A DNA stretch of 64,000 nucleotides from Hyphomicrobiales bacterium (GCA_013214705.1 JABSRZ010000003.1:401443-465442), one strand, 5' to 3'; shown: positions 37,457-47,086, counted from the stretch's first letter. Made by a program: numbers and translations. Notes: generated from the letters alone by a model not told the origin.

Positions 37457-39330
37457 TATACACCCCGGCGTTGGGCTTTGCGGCCAGCTTCGGTATCTTT
37501 ATGAGCGGCGGTGACATCTTCACTTTGGGAAATGTGCGGCGTGCCAACTTCCCACCAAGCGTGGCCTTGCTGGGTCCAACCATCATACGGGTCGACTTGC
37601 ATGCAAATTACATAGGTTTTAGTGGCTAGCTTGGCGCGTTTAAACGCCTCGGCCAATTCTGCTGGGTTAGCCACAGTTTCAGCTATTGCACCCATCGAGC
37701 GGGCGTGGGCTTCAAAATCCACCGCGAACGGTTCGGTTTTAATGTTGCAATCGGCAATTAGATTGTTAAACGATGGTTGGCCGGTGCCATTTTGCAATTT
37801 ATTAATGACCGCGAAACCGCCGTTATCCAGCACCAGAATGATCAACTTTTGGCCGGTTAAAACTGAAGAATATATGTCAGAATTCATCATCATATATGAA
37901 CCATCGCCGGTAAATATGATGGTATCTTGGTCTGGCTCGGTTTCTGATTGGGCGATTTTAGCCCCCCAACCACCGGCAATTTCATAACCCATGCAGGAGT
38001 AACCAAATTCGACATCAACCGTGCCGATGTCAAGCGTGCGCCAATTGGCCGTAACTTCGGCCGGCAAGCCGCCAGCCGCCGCCACAATTCTATCGCGTTT
38101 GTCGCATAACTCATTCACCACACCAATAGCTTGTGCGTATGAATTTGGCCTATTTTTGGCGCTGACATTATCGGCAATATAGGCATTCCAAGTCTGTCTT
38201 AATTGCTGGGCTAGTTTGGTCCAACCATCGGGGGTTTTATAACCATTCAGTTGTTTATGCACAGCTTGCAGGCTAACCTTTGCGTCGCCGACCACCGGCT
38301 GTGAACGATGCTTTTGGGCATCATGTCGCGCCACGTTGATGGAGATAATTTGCGCTTGCTGGTCAAACACTGTCCATGAGCCGGTGGTGAAATCTTGCAA
38401 TCTGGTGCCAACCGCTAAAATCACATCGGCCTTGGCAGCTATGGCATTTGCCGAATCTGACCCGGTGACGCCGATTGGCCCGATGTTTAACGGGTGGTCA
38501 TTTAACAAATTAGCCCGCCCGGCAATGGTTTCAACCACCGGAATTTCAAAAGCCTCGGCAAATTCGGTTAATTGGTTTACCGCAGCAGAATATTGCACAC
38601 CACCACCGGCTATAATTATTGGGCGTTTGGCGGCTTTTAACAAATCAACCGCTGCAGAAATTTCCAGTGGGTCGGCCGGGGCCCGGCGGATGCGATGAAT
38701 TTTCTTTTCGAAAAATTCTAGCGGATAATCGAAAGTCCAACCTTGGACATCCTGCGGCAATGCCAAAAATGCCGGCCCGCAATCTGCCGGGTCTAGCATA
38801 GTTGAGATGGCGTTAGGCAGTGACTGAATGATTTGCGCTGGGTGAGTGATTCTATCCCAATAACGCGACACCGCCTTAAAAGCATCATTCACCCCTAGTG
38901 TTGGGTCGCCAAAATGTTCCATTTGTTGCAATACCGGGTCTGGCAAGCGGGTTAGAAAGGTATCGCCACACAGCAATAACATAGGCAAGCGGTTGGCATG
39001 TGCCAAAGCCGCCGAGGTTAAAAGGTTGCTGGTGCCCGGCCCAGCACTGGCGGTGCAAAACATAAACCGTTGACGTAATTTTTGCTTGGCATAAGCGGCG
39101 GCGGCAAAACCCATGCTTTGCTCGTTTTGGCCGCGATAAACCGGCAATTCCGCTTGGTGATTATACAAAGCTTCACCTAGGCAGGTGACGTTGCCATGGC
39201 CAAATATGGCAAACCCACCACCACATAAACGCACCAACTCGCCATCAATTTCTATATACTGATTTGCGAGGTGGCGAATGAGCGCTTGAGCCAATGTTAG
39301 CCGAATGGTTTTGTCTTGAATTGGCATCAT
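37456..39330 (-). CDS. iolD: 3D-(3,5/4)-trihydroxycyclohexane-1,2-dione acylhydrolase (ThDP-dependent)
   Basis: A 624-aa ThDP enzyme with GDGSYMMMNS...NGG and an IolD-typical N-terminus (TIRLTLAQALIRHLANQ). Confidence 0.9.
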   Translation of the reverse strand: MMPIQDKTIRLTLAQALIRHLANQYIEIDGELVRLCGGGFAIFGHGNVTCLGEALYNHQAELPVYRGQNEQSMGFAAAAYAKQKLRQRFMFCTASAGPGTSNLLTSAALAHANRLPMLLLCGDTFLTRLPDPVLQQMEHFGDPTLGVNDAFKAVSRYWDRITHPAQIIQSLPNAISTMLDPADCGPAFLALPQDVQGWTFDYPLEFFEKKIHRIRRAPADPLEISAAVDLLKAAKRPIIIAGGGVQYSAAVNQLTEFAEAFEIPVVETIAGRANLLNDHPLNIGPIGVTGSDSANAIAAKADVILAVGTRLQDFTTGSWTVFDQQAQIISINVARHDAQKHRSQPVVGDAKVSLQAVHKQLNGYKTPDGWTKLAQQLRQTWNAYIADNVSAKNRPNSYAQAIGVVNELCDKRDRIVAAAGGLPAEVTANWRTLDIGTVDVEFGYSCMGYEIAGGWGAKIAQSETEPDQDTIIFTGDGSYMMMNSDIYSSVLTGQKLIILVLDNGGFAVINKLQNGTGQPSFNNLIADCNIKTEPFAVDFEAHARSMGAIAETVANPAELAEAFKRAKLATKTYVICMQVDPYDGWTQQGHAWWEVGTPHISQSEDVTAAHKDTEAGRKAQRRGV

Positions 39331-39388
39331 TTTTTCTCCAAATATCGAATTGTTTCTTGACGCAGATGTTAAATCAATTATATATAAA

Positions 39389-39404
39389 TTGCAACCGGTT
39401 GCAA
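39389..39404. promoter_or_regulatory. 16-bp perfect palindrome, candidate LacI-family operator (copy 1) in the iolD / oxidoreductase divergent region
   Basis: TTGCAACCGGTTGCAA. The identical sequence recurs at 43797-43812 next to the LacI-family regulator gene. The central CG is typical of LacI-family operators. Confidence 0.7.
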
Positions 39405-39439
39405 AATAACAACAATAAAAAAATTGGGATAACCTTTAA

Positions 39440-40564
39440 ATGCGCAATATAGGGATAGGAATCATTGGCGGTGGATATATGGGCAAAGCCCATGCCGTCG
39501 CTTATCACGCTGTGGGTGCGGTGTTTGCAACAAATCTGCGCCCGGTGTGCGAATTGGTGTGCACAACCACCGAAACAGGTGCGCGCGAAACCGCCAAAAA
39601 ACTTGGCTTTCTAAGGTCTACAGCCGATTGGCGCATATTGGTAGCAGACCCTTTAGTTGAAGCGGTGATTATAGCCTGCCCACAACAATTCCACCGCGAC
39701 ATCGCAGTGGCGGCGTTTAAAGCCGGCAAACCGGTTTTTTGCGAAAAGCCACTTGGCAGTAGCCTAGCAGATGGCGTGGCAATGGTGGCTGCCGCAGAGG
39801 CCAGTGGGTTGGCCAATATGACCGGGTTTAATTACATCCGCACGCCAGCATCGCAATTGGCTCGTGAAATCATCAACTCGGGTGAAATTGGCGAAATAAC
39901 CTCGTTTAGAGGTGAACATTTAGAGGATTTTTATGCCAACCCAAGTGAACCCGTTAGCTGGCGCACAGATGGCCGCGCCAACGGCGCAATGGGTGATTTA
40001 GCCCCGCATATGATTAATGGCGCGCTGGCGCTGGCCGGGCCGATTGTTAGTGTGGTCAGCGACATTCAGACCATTCATAAAACAAGGCCAACCAACGATA
40101 GTACGGCACGCGATGGGATGGCAAAAGTGACCAATGATGACCAAGGCCAATTATTGTGCCGGTTCGAAAATGGCGCATCCGGCTCTATTTTTATCAGCCG
40201 CGTCGCGACTGGCCGAAAAATGGGTTACACCTATCAAATATACGGCACCAAAGGCGCGATTTGTTTTGATCAAGAAGACCAAAATGCATTGTGGTTATAT
40301 GACAGCGGTGTAAAATCTAACCGCCAGGGTTTTACCAAAATATTAACCGGGCCAGAGCATCCGGATTATAAAGCCTTTTGCCAAGGCGCTGGCCATGGAA
40401 CTGGGTATCAAGATCAAATAATTATCGAAGCCAAAGACTTTTTAACCGCGATTGAAACCGGCAAACCAGTGTGGCCGACATTTCGCGATGGGTTGGAAGT
40501 TACCAAGGTGATTGACGCCGCTTGGCTAAGTGATGAACAAAAAAAATGGGTGGCGGTAAACTAG
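39440..40564 (+). CDS. Gfo/Idh/MocA family oxidoreductase (candidate inositol-stereoisomer dehydrogenase)
   Basis: Rossmann IGIGIIGGGYMGKAH, a CEKPL motif, and location in the iol locus. Confidence 0.8.
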   Translation: MRNIGIGIIGGGYMGKAHAVAYHAVGAVFATNLRPVCELVCTTTETGARETAKKLGFLRSTADWRILVADPLVEAVIIACPQQFHRDIAVAAFKAGKPVFCEKPLGSSLADGVAMVAAAEASGLANMTGFNYIRTPASQLAREIINSGEIGEITSFRGEHLEDFYANPSEPVSWRTDGRANGAMGDLAPHMINGALALAGPIVSVVSDIQTIHKTRPTNDSTARDGMAKVTNDDQGQLLCRFENGASGSIFISRVATGRKMGYTYQIYGTKGAICFDQEDQNALWLYDSGVKSNRQGFTKILTGPEHPDYKAFCQGAGHGTGYQDQIIIEAKDFLTAIETGKPVWPTFRDGLEVTKVIDAAWLSDEQKKWVAVN

Positions 40565-40613
40565 ATTTGAACCGCTACCAAGATATAAATAATATTGTCT
40601 GAAGGAATTAATT

Positions 40614-41507
40614 ATGACAATCAAAATTGGAAATGCACCTTGTTCATGGGGTGTGGAATTTGCAGATGACCCGCGTAATCCCGACTGGCTTAACGTGCTG
40701 GATGAATGCCAACAAGCTGGGTATAAAGGCATTGAACTAGGCCCTATTGGGTTTATGCCGGAAGACCCTAAAATACTGGCTGATGCCTTCGCTGAGCGCG
40801 AGCTAGAGCTCATTGGCGGCGTGGTTTTCAGGGCTTTTCATGATGCCAATGCATGGGATGATATTGTCGATGGCGCTGAGCGCACATGTAAGGCGCTAAA
40901 AGCCAATGGCGCCAAACATTTGGTGCTTATAGATTCGATTTCTGAAAGACGGGCGCCTACGGCCGGACGTGCCAGCCAAGCCGAACAGATGGATAAAGCC
41001 GAGTGGAATGCCTATGTCGAGCGCATCCGCAGCATAGCAAAAATGGGGTCTGAAGACTATGGTTTAACTGTCGGCATTCACGCCCATGCCGCAGGATTTA
41101 TGGATTTCGAACCAGAATTAGAGCGTTTGTTGAACGAGGTGGATGAAGACATCCTCAAAATATGTTTCGATACTGGACACCACGCCTATGCGGGTTTTGA
41201 CCCGGTGGCGTTTATGAAAAAACACATTAACCGCATTTCATATATGCATTTCAAAGATATAGACCCTAAGGTCAAAGCCGATGTTATTGTAAATGGCACG
41301 GGGTTTTATGACGCTTGTGGGCAAGGCATTTTTTGCAACCTTGGCAATGGCGAGGTTGATTTTCCGGCGGTGCGCCAAGTGCTGATAGATAATGATTTTA
41401 ACGGCTGGTGTACCGTAGAACAAGATTGCGACCCAACTCTAGATGTGTCACCTATAAAAGATGCTCGAGCCAATAGGCTTTATCTCGAATCAATCGGGTT
41501 TCAGTAA
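40614..41507 (+). CDS. Xylose-isomerase-like TIM-barrel protein, probable inosose dehydratase (IolE) or inosose isomerase
   Basis: The sugar phosphate isomerase/epimerase fold (..GYKGIELG.., ..HAHAAGF.., ..HFKD..). It is the only candidate for the IolE step in the locus. The N-terminus differs from the classical IolE W-x-NDD motif, so the exact activity is uncertain. Confidence 0.6.
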   Translation: MTIKIGNAPCSWGVEFADDPRNPDWLNVLDECQQAGYKGIELGPIGFMPEDPKILADAFAERELELIGGVVFRAFHDANAWDDIVDGAERTCKALKANGAKHLVLIDSISERRAPTAGRASQAEQMDKAEWNAYVERIRSIAKMGSEDYGLTVGIHAHAAGFMDFEPELERLLNEVDEDILKICFDTGHHAYAGFDPVAFMKKHINRISYMHFKDIDPKVKADVIVNGTGFYDACGQGIFCNLGNGEVDFPAVRQVLIDNDFNGWCTVEQDCDPTLDVSPIKDARANRLYLESIGFQ

Positions 41508-41518
41508 GGATTAATGAT

Positions 41519-42676
41519 ATGACTAAATTAAATTGGGGCATGATTGGTGGCGGAAAAGACAGTCAAATTGGGCCAGCACATCGGTTGGGCGCTAGCGTAG
41601 ATGGCGATTATGCCTTTGTTGCCGGGGCGTTAGATCATATCCCTGAAAATGGCCGGGCCTTCGCGCAGGAATTGGGCATCGCCGCCGACAGAGCCTATGG
41701 CGATTGGCGTGAAATGCTAGAGGGCGAGAGAAACCGCCCAGATCGGGTAGACTTGGTAACGGTTGCCACCCCAAACTCCACCCATTTCGAAATTACCAAG
41801 GCGTTTTTGGAAGCGGGTTTTCATGTGCTATGCGAAAAACCCATGACCATGACCGTAGAAGAAGGCGAAGAGATTGTCGCCGTGGCCAAAAAAACCGGCA
41901 AAATATGCGCGGTAAATTATGGATATTCGGGCTATTCTTTGGTGCGCCACATGAAAGCCATGGTCGCCCGTGGCGATTTGGGCAAGGTACGGGTTGTGGT
42001 ATCTGAATTTTCACATGGCCACCATGCAGATGCTGCGGATGCCGAAAACCCGCGTGTGCGCTGGCGTTACGACCCCAAACAAGCCGGTATTTCTGCCCAA
42101 TTTGGAGATTGTGGCATCCATGCCTTGCACATGGCCAGTTTTGTCACCGGCCAAGAGGTCGAAAAACTTTCGGCAGATTTTGTATCGGCCATTTCAAGCC
42201 GCCAGCTTGAAGATGACGCGATGGTCAATTTTCGTATGGATGGCGGTGCGGTGGGTCGATTGTGGACCTCGTCTATCGCTGTCGGCCGTATGCATGGCCT
42301 CACTATTCAAGTGTTTGGCGAAAAAGGCGGCTTGCAATGGTCGCAAGAGCAACCAAACCAGTTATTTTACACGCCAACGGGTGGGCGAAAACAAATTATT
42401 GAGCGCGGCGAAGCCGGTTTATCGCCAGAAGCCGACCGTTCTAGCCGGGTGACAATTGGTCATGCCGAAGGCATGCCATTGGCGTTTGCCAATATTTATA
42501 CCGACATTGCCGAAGCGATTCGTGCCGATAAACAAGGACGCCCCATCGACAAAGCGGCGGATATATTCCCACGTGCCACCGATGGGTTGCGGTCTATGGT
42601 TGCGGTGCATGCGGCGGTTAAATCGGCAAAGGAAAATGGCCGTTGGGTCGATGCGTATCCGCCAAGTTTGCGTTGA
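41519..42676 (+). CDS. Gfo/Idh/MocA family oxidoreductase
   Basis: Rossmann LNWGMIGGGKDSQIGPAH and a CEKPM motif. The product is 385 aa. Confidence 0.8.
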   Translation: MTKLNWGMIGGGKDSQIGPAHRLGASVDGDYAFVAGALDHIPENGRAFAQELGIAADRAYGDWREMLEGERNRPDRVDLVTVATPNSTHFEITKAFLEAGFHVLCEKPMTMTVEEGEEIVAVAKKTGKICAVNYGYSGYSLVRHMKAMVARGDLGKVRVVVSEFSHGHHADAADAENPRVRWRYDPKQAGISAQFGDCGIHALHMASFVTGQEVEKLSADFVSAISSRQLEDDAMVNFRMDGGAVGRLWTSSIAVGRMHGLTIQVFGEKGGLQWSQEQPNQLFYTPTGGRKQIIERGEAGLSPEADRSSRVTIGHAEGMPLAFANIYTDIAEAIRADKQGRPIDKAADIFPRATDGLRSMVAVHAAVKSAKENGRWVDAYPPSLR

Positions 42677-42700
42677 GAAAGCTTGAAATTGTGTAACCAA

Positions 42701-43699
42701 TTACTGGTTTTTTAATGTGCCGCGCTCTACCACATAGCAAGGGAATAAGCGATTTTCCGGATATCTATCCGGTTCTTCCAAAATCGCTTCCATCAGTTCG
42801 ATTGTCGATGAAATAATTTGCTGTATCGGCTGGTGGATGGTGGTTAAATTTATATTTTCCCAACCGGCAATTTCTATATCGTCCAAGCCCATAATGCCGA
42901 TATCTTCGGGTACAGATAAGCCTGTCGATTGAATGGCGCTGATGGCGCCAATAGAAATAACATCGTCGCCACAATAATAGGCTTGGGCGGTTGGTGATTT
43001 TAGCAATCGTAACATTTCTTTGCGGCCTGCCGCGAAAGTGTGACTTTCGGCATAGCTATAGCTTGCCTGAATTTCGGGGTGTGATTTAAGCACTTCTTTA
43101 AAGCCTTCGAAACGCCCACGAGACACAGATACATTTTCTGGCCCGCCCATAAACCCAATATTTGTATAGCCTTTTTTTATTAGCAACCGTGCCGCCATAC
43201 GACCACATTGCTTATTGTCTATGCTGACACAATGCATATCTGAAGTGTCTTCAGATATCATCCCGAATGATTCGATTATCGGGATATTCACTTCTTTAAA
43301 AGCTTTTGAAAAAATGGCAGGCAGTTCTGATGACGCCACAATAACCCCATCAACTGAATATTGCCTGAGCATGTGCGCCGCTTGTGCTGGGTCTGTTTCG
43401 GAGGTCAAATTAACCAATAGCGGGCGCAAACCAACATCCTGTAGGCCACTGGTAAATAGATCAAAAACTTTAAGAAAAAACGGGTTATCGAAATTATTAG
43501 ACACCAAGCCGATTAATTTGGTTCTGCGGGTGGTCAGGCTGCGGGCTAGAATATTTGGGGCATAGCCCAATTCATTGGCGGCTTTAATAACCTTTTTACG
43601 CATTTTGGTCGAAACCGATGCGCCGTCTGTAAATGTTCTTGAAACTGCGGAACGCGACACTTGTGCGCGCAGAGCAACTTCTTTTATTGTTACAGCCAT
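42701..43699 (-). CDS. LacI-family transcriptional regulator (candidate inositol regulator)
   Basis: An N-terminal HTH (VTIKEVALRAQVSRSAVSRTF) and a periplasmic-binding-protein-like effector domain. Confidence 0.9.
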   Translation of the reverse strand: MAVTIKEVALRAQVSRSAVSRTFTDGASVSTKMRKKVIKAANELGYAPNILARSLTTRRTKLIGLVSNNFDNPFFLKVFDLFTSGLQDVGLRPLLVNLTSETDPAQAAHMLRQYSVDGVIVASSELPAIFSKAFKEVNIPIIESFGMISEDTSDMHCVSIDNKQCGRMAARLLIKKGYTNIGFMGGPENVSVSRGRFEGFKEVLKSHPEIQASYSYAESHTFAAGRKEMLRLLKSPTAQAYYCGDDVISIGAISAIQSTGLSVPEDIGIMGLDDIEIAGWENINLTTIHQPIQQIISSTIELMEAILEEPDRYPENRLFPCYVVERGTLKNQ

Positions 43700-43796
43700 T
43701 AGATTGTCCTGCCTTTAATCCTCACTCGGGTGTTAATGCAAACCCGCACAATTGTAAACAGTGTCCGGGTCTGATGCTAGCATTGTGAATAAATTT

Positions 43797-43812
43797 TTGC
43801 AACCGGTTGCAA
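43797..43812. promoter_or_regulatory. 16-bp perfect palindrome, candidate LacI-family operator (copy 2) between the regulator and the ABC transporter
   Basis: TTGCAACCGGTTGCAA, identical to the copy at 39389-39404. Confidence 0.7.
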
Positions 43813-43903
43813 AAATATTCTATCTATGCTTTATTGAGTCTCGTAGAAGGGATTTTTATCTAATGCATAGGTAAAAACGAGAATTATAATAGGGAACACA
43901 CAA

Positions 43904-44845
43904 ATGAAAAAAATACTCACGATGGTTGCTGCTGCTGCACTTGCAGTTACCAGCATCGCAGCTCCGGCATATGCCGAAGGCGAAAGATATATTTTAGTCA
44001 GTCATGCGCCAGATTCAGATAGCTGGTGGAACACAATTAAAAACGGCATCGAGCTTGCTGGTAAGCAGATGGATGTTACTGTTGAATATCGCAACCCACC
44101 AACAGGTGACTTGGCCGATATGGCACGTATTATAGATCAAGCTGCTGCATCTAAGCCAAATGGCATCATCACCACACTTGCTGATTATGATGTTTTAAGT
44201 GGCCCGATTAAAAATGCGGTTGCACAAGGCATCAATGTTATCATTATGAATTCAGGTTCACCAGCGCAAGCGCGTGAAGTTGGCGCGTTAATGTATGTTG
44301 GCCAACCAGAATATGATGCAGGTCTTGCTGCTGGCATTAGAGCCAAAGGCGATGGCGTTGGTTCATTCTTATGTGTTAACCATTACATCTCTAGCCCTTC
44401 ATCTACTGAACGTTGTCAGGGCTTTGCTGATGGCTTAGGCGTTGAACTTGGCTCACAAATGATTGATTCTGGTCAAGATCCTTCAGAAATCAAAAACAGA
44501 GTATTGGCTTATCTTTCAGCCAATCCAAACACAGATGCCATCCTAACATTAGGCCCAACCTCTGCTGATCCAGTGCTACTAGCTTTGGATGAAAACGGCC
44601 TAGCTGGTGACATCTATTTCGGAACATTCGATTTGGGTGAAGAAATTGTTAAAGGCATTAAAGCTGGAATTATCAATTGGGGTATTGACCAACAACCATT
44701 CCTACAAGCTTATCTACCGGTTATAATACTTACGAATTATGATCGTTATGGTGTGCTTCCGGGTAACAACATCAACTCTGGCCCAGGTTTCGTCACTAAA
44801 GACGGCCTTACGCTGGTTGAAAAATATGCTGGTGAATATCGCTAG
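43904..44845 (+). CDS. Sugar (probably inositol) ABC transporter periplasmic substrate-binding protein
   Basis: A signal peptide (..IAAPAYA|EGE) and a type I PBP of the ribose/inositol-binding class. It lies in the iol locus. Confidence 0.85.
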   Translation: MKKILTMVAAAALAVTSIAAPAYAEGERYILVSHAPDSDSWWNTIKNGIELAGKQMDVTVEYRNPPTGDLADMARIIDQAAASKPNGIITTLADYDVLSGPIKNAVAQGINVIIMNSGSPAQAREVGALMYVGQPEYDAGLAAGIRAKGDGVGSFLCVNHYISSPSSTERCQGFADGLGVELGSQMIDSGQDPSEIKNRVLAYLSANPNTDAILTLGPTSADPVLLALDENGLAGDIYFGTFDLGEEIVKGIKAGIINWGIDQQPFLQAYLPVIILTNYDRYGVLPGNNINSGPGFVTKDGLTLVEKYAGEYR

Positions 44846-44859
44846 CATTTAGGTGATCA

Positions 44860-44892
44860 GGGCAGTTGCTAGTTTTGCAATTGCCCTTTTTT
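44860..44892 (+). terminator. Intra-operon Rho-independent terminator/attenuator after the binding-protein gene
   Basis: A 10-bp stem (GGGCAGTTGC / GCAATTGCCC, one G-U pair) and a 7-nt loop, followed by T6. Confidence 0.65.
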
Positions 44893-44924
44893 AAAAGGGG
44901 TTAAGGGGTTTAAAGGGGTTTAAA
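44893..44924 (+). repeat. Triple Shine-Dalgarno-like repeat before the permease start codon
   Basis: AAAAGGGGTT-AAGGGGTTT-AAAGGGGTTTAAA-ATG. There are three GGGG cores, at 44897-44900, 44905-44908 and 44915-44918. Confidence 0.8.
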
Positions 44925-46049
44925 ATGTCTAATAATGTAGGAAATGCTGTCGATGATGACGAACGGGTCAAGGGAATGTCGCCGCTTCGAAAAGCGATGA
45001 TAAGGCCTGAGCTAGGCGCCATATGCGGCACGATACTTGTATTTGTTTTCTTTTTCTTAACGGCCAGAGATTCTGGCATGTTTGGCGCGGCAGGTGTCTT
45101 AAACTGGACATTGGTTTCTGCCCAATTTGCCATTATCGCTGTCGGCGCATGTATGTTGATGATTGCCGGCGAATTTGATTTATCAGTCGGCTCGATGATT
45201 GGTTTTGCGGGCATTATATTGGCCTTGTTGACCATAAGTGTTGGGTTGCCAACATGGCTGGCAATTATCATTACTTTTATCGTTTGTATCGGCTTAGGCG
45301 CGGTGAATGGGTGGCTGGTGATTAAAACCGGTTTGCCAAGTTTTATCGTCACTTTGGCAACATTATTTATTCTGCGGGGGTTAACTATTTTTGCGGCCAT
45401 TGCCACCACCAGAAAAACCATTATTGGCGGCATGCGCGAAGCATCCGAAGGCGATTGGTTGGCTGGATTATTTGGCGGCAAAATATTTAAAGGCTTTTTT
45501 CAATGGCTGGGCGATGCGGGTATGATAGATGTATTTTCGCGTGGTGTTAAAAAAGGCATGCCGGTTGTGGAAGGCATCCCAATGCTAATTGTTTGGGCAT
45601 TAGGGTTGATAATTATCGCCCATATTGTGTTAACAAAAACTCGCTTTGGCAACTGGATATTTGCTTCGGGCGGCGACGCACAAGCGGCAAGATATGCTGG
45701 TGTGCCGGTGAATAGAACAAAAATATTAATGTTCATGTTTACGGCATTTTGTGCCACCGTTTTTGCCGTTTGCCAAGTTATGGAATTTGGCTCAGCTGGG
45801 GCAGACCGCGGCATCCTAAAAGAATTTGAAGCCATTATTTCTGTGGTTATCGGCGGGGCATTATTAACCGGCGGTTATGGTTCGGTTATCGGCGCGGCAT
45901 TGGGCGCATTGATATTTGGTGTGGTTCAGCAAGGCCTGTTCTTTGCCGGGGTTGAAAGTTCGTTATTCCGTGTCTTCTTAGGCATCCTCTTATTATTGGC
46001 GGTTATCTTAAATACTTATATTCGCCGCATGATTACGGGGGAAAAATAA
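44925..46049 (+). CDS. Sugar ABC transporter permease (BPD_transp_2 / RbsC-like)
   Basis: A 374-aa polytopic membrane protein of the ribose/inositol-type permease class, located between the SBP and ATPase genes. Confidence 0.85.
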   Translation: MSNNVGNAVDDDERVKGMSPLRKAMIRPELGAICGTILVFVFFFLTARDSGMFGAAGVLNWTLVSAQFAIIAVGACMLMIAGEFDLSVGSMIGFAGIILALLTISVGLPTWLAIIITFIVCIGLGAVNGWLVIKTGLPSFIVTLATLFILRGLTIFAAIATTRKTIIGGMREASEGDWLAGLFGGKIFKGFFQWLGDAGMIDVFSRGVKKGMPVVEGIPMLIVWALGLIIIAHIVLTKTRFGNWIFASGGDAQAARYAGVPVNRTKILMFMFTAFCATVFAVCQVMEFGSAGADRGILKEFEAIISVVIGGALLTGGYGSVIGAALGALIFGVVQQGLFFAGVESSLFRVFLGILLLLAVILNTYIRRMITGEK

Positions 46050-46050
46050 C

Positions 46051-46830
46051 ATGGTCGAACCTATTATCCGCATGAAGAATATCGAGAAGCATTTTGGTTT
46101 GGTGATTGCCTTGGCTGGGGTTTCGGTCGACATTATGGCCGGTGAATGCCATTGTTTGCTGGGTGACAACGGCGCTGGCAAATCGACATTTATTAAAACC
46201 ATGTCTGGCGTGCACAAACCATCCAAGGGCGAAATTATATTCAGTGGCGAAGCCATGAAATTTGAGCGCCCGCGCGATGCCATTGCGGCTGGCGTGGCCA
46301 CGGTTTATCAAGATTTGGCAATGATCCCGTTAATGTCGGTGTCGCGTAATTTCTTTATGGGCAATGAGCCGATTAAAAAATTCGCTGGCATTTCGTTTTT
46401 CGATCATGAATATGCCAACCGAGTGACCATGCAAGAAATGAAGAAAATGGGCATTAATTTGCGCGGGCCAGACCAAGCTGTTGGTACATTGTCTGGTGGC
46501 GAGCGCCAAACTGTGGCCATTGCACGGGCTGTGCATTTTGGCGCAAAAGTGTTAATTCTCGATGAGCCAACATCGGCACTTGGGGTTAGGCAAACTTCAA
46601 ATGTATTGGCGACCATAGATAAAGTGCGCAACCAAGGCATTGCCGTGGTGTTTATCACTCACAACGTGCGCCACGCTATGGCTGTTGGCGACCGCTTCAC
46701 GGTGTTAAACCGTGGTAAAACTTTAGGCACGGCTATACGGGGCGAAATTACCCCCGAAGAATTGCAAGATTTAATGGCTGGCGGGCAGGAACTCGCTTCG
46801 CTTGAAGGCTCCCTCGGAGGTACTGTATAA
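46051..46830 (+). CDS. Sugar ABC transporter ATP-binding protein (single NBD)
   Basis: Walker A GDNGAGKST, signature LSGGERQTV, Walker B VLILDEPTSALG. Confidence 0.9.
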   Translation: MVEPIIRMKNIEKHFGLVIALAGVSVDIMAGECHCLLGDNGAGKSTFIKTMSGVHKPSKGEIIFSGEAMKFERPRDAIAAGVATVYQDLAMIPLMSVSRNFFMGNEPIKKFAGISFFDHEYANRVTMQEMKKMGINLRGPDQAVGTLSGGERQTVAIARAVHFGAKVLILDEPTSALGVRQTSNVLATIDKVRNQGIAVVFITHNVRHAMAVGDRFTVLNRGKTLGTAIRGEITPEELQDLMAGGQELASLEGSLGGTV

Positions 46831-46848
46831 AGGTAACCCCGTAGACTG

Positions 46849-46884
46849 GAGGAACGGAAGATTATTTTCGTTCCTCTTTTTTTT
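46849..46884 (+). terminator. Rho-independent terminator after the ABC transporter operon
   Basis: An 11-bp stem (GAGGAACGGAA / TTTCGTTCCTC, one G-U pair) and a 6-nt loop, followed by T8. Confidence 0.8.
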
Positions 46885-46924
46885 GTGGTTTTCTTGTAGT
46901 GCGGTTTGTTTGCAATACAGGTTT

Positions 46925-47086
46925 TTATGAACGGGCATTTTTAGCCGCAATGTTCGAAATCTGCCAACGGCTGATATTTAGATCATCTAATTCTTTATTA
47001 TCAAGGTGGTTTAGCTCAACAATGGTCATTTGAATGTCCCAGCGGCGGCGCAATTGTGTGCGAATTTTTTTGAATATCATAATCAT
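46925..47086 (-). CDS. DUF1127 domain small protein
   Basis: The C-terminal motif ..LNHLDNKELDDLNISRWQISNIA.. matches the DUF1127 pattern (L..L.D..L.DIGI.R.DI). The ORF track extends to 47149, but the ATG at 47086 gives the usual 50-aa size. Confidence 0.55.
   Translation of the reverse strand: MIMIFKKIRTQLRRRWDIQMTIVELNHLDNKELDDLNISRWQISNIAAKNARS

Noticed and set aside
44891-45481. A 196-aa minus-strand ORF overlapping the ABC permease gene
   Set aside because: It is fully antisense to a well-supported permease CDS. Its product is compositionally odd and has no recognisable family. It is a typical shadow ORF.
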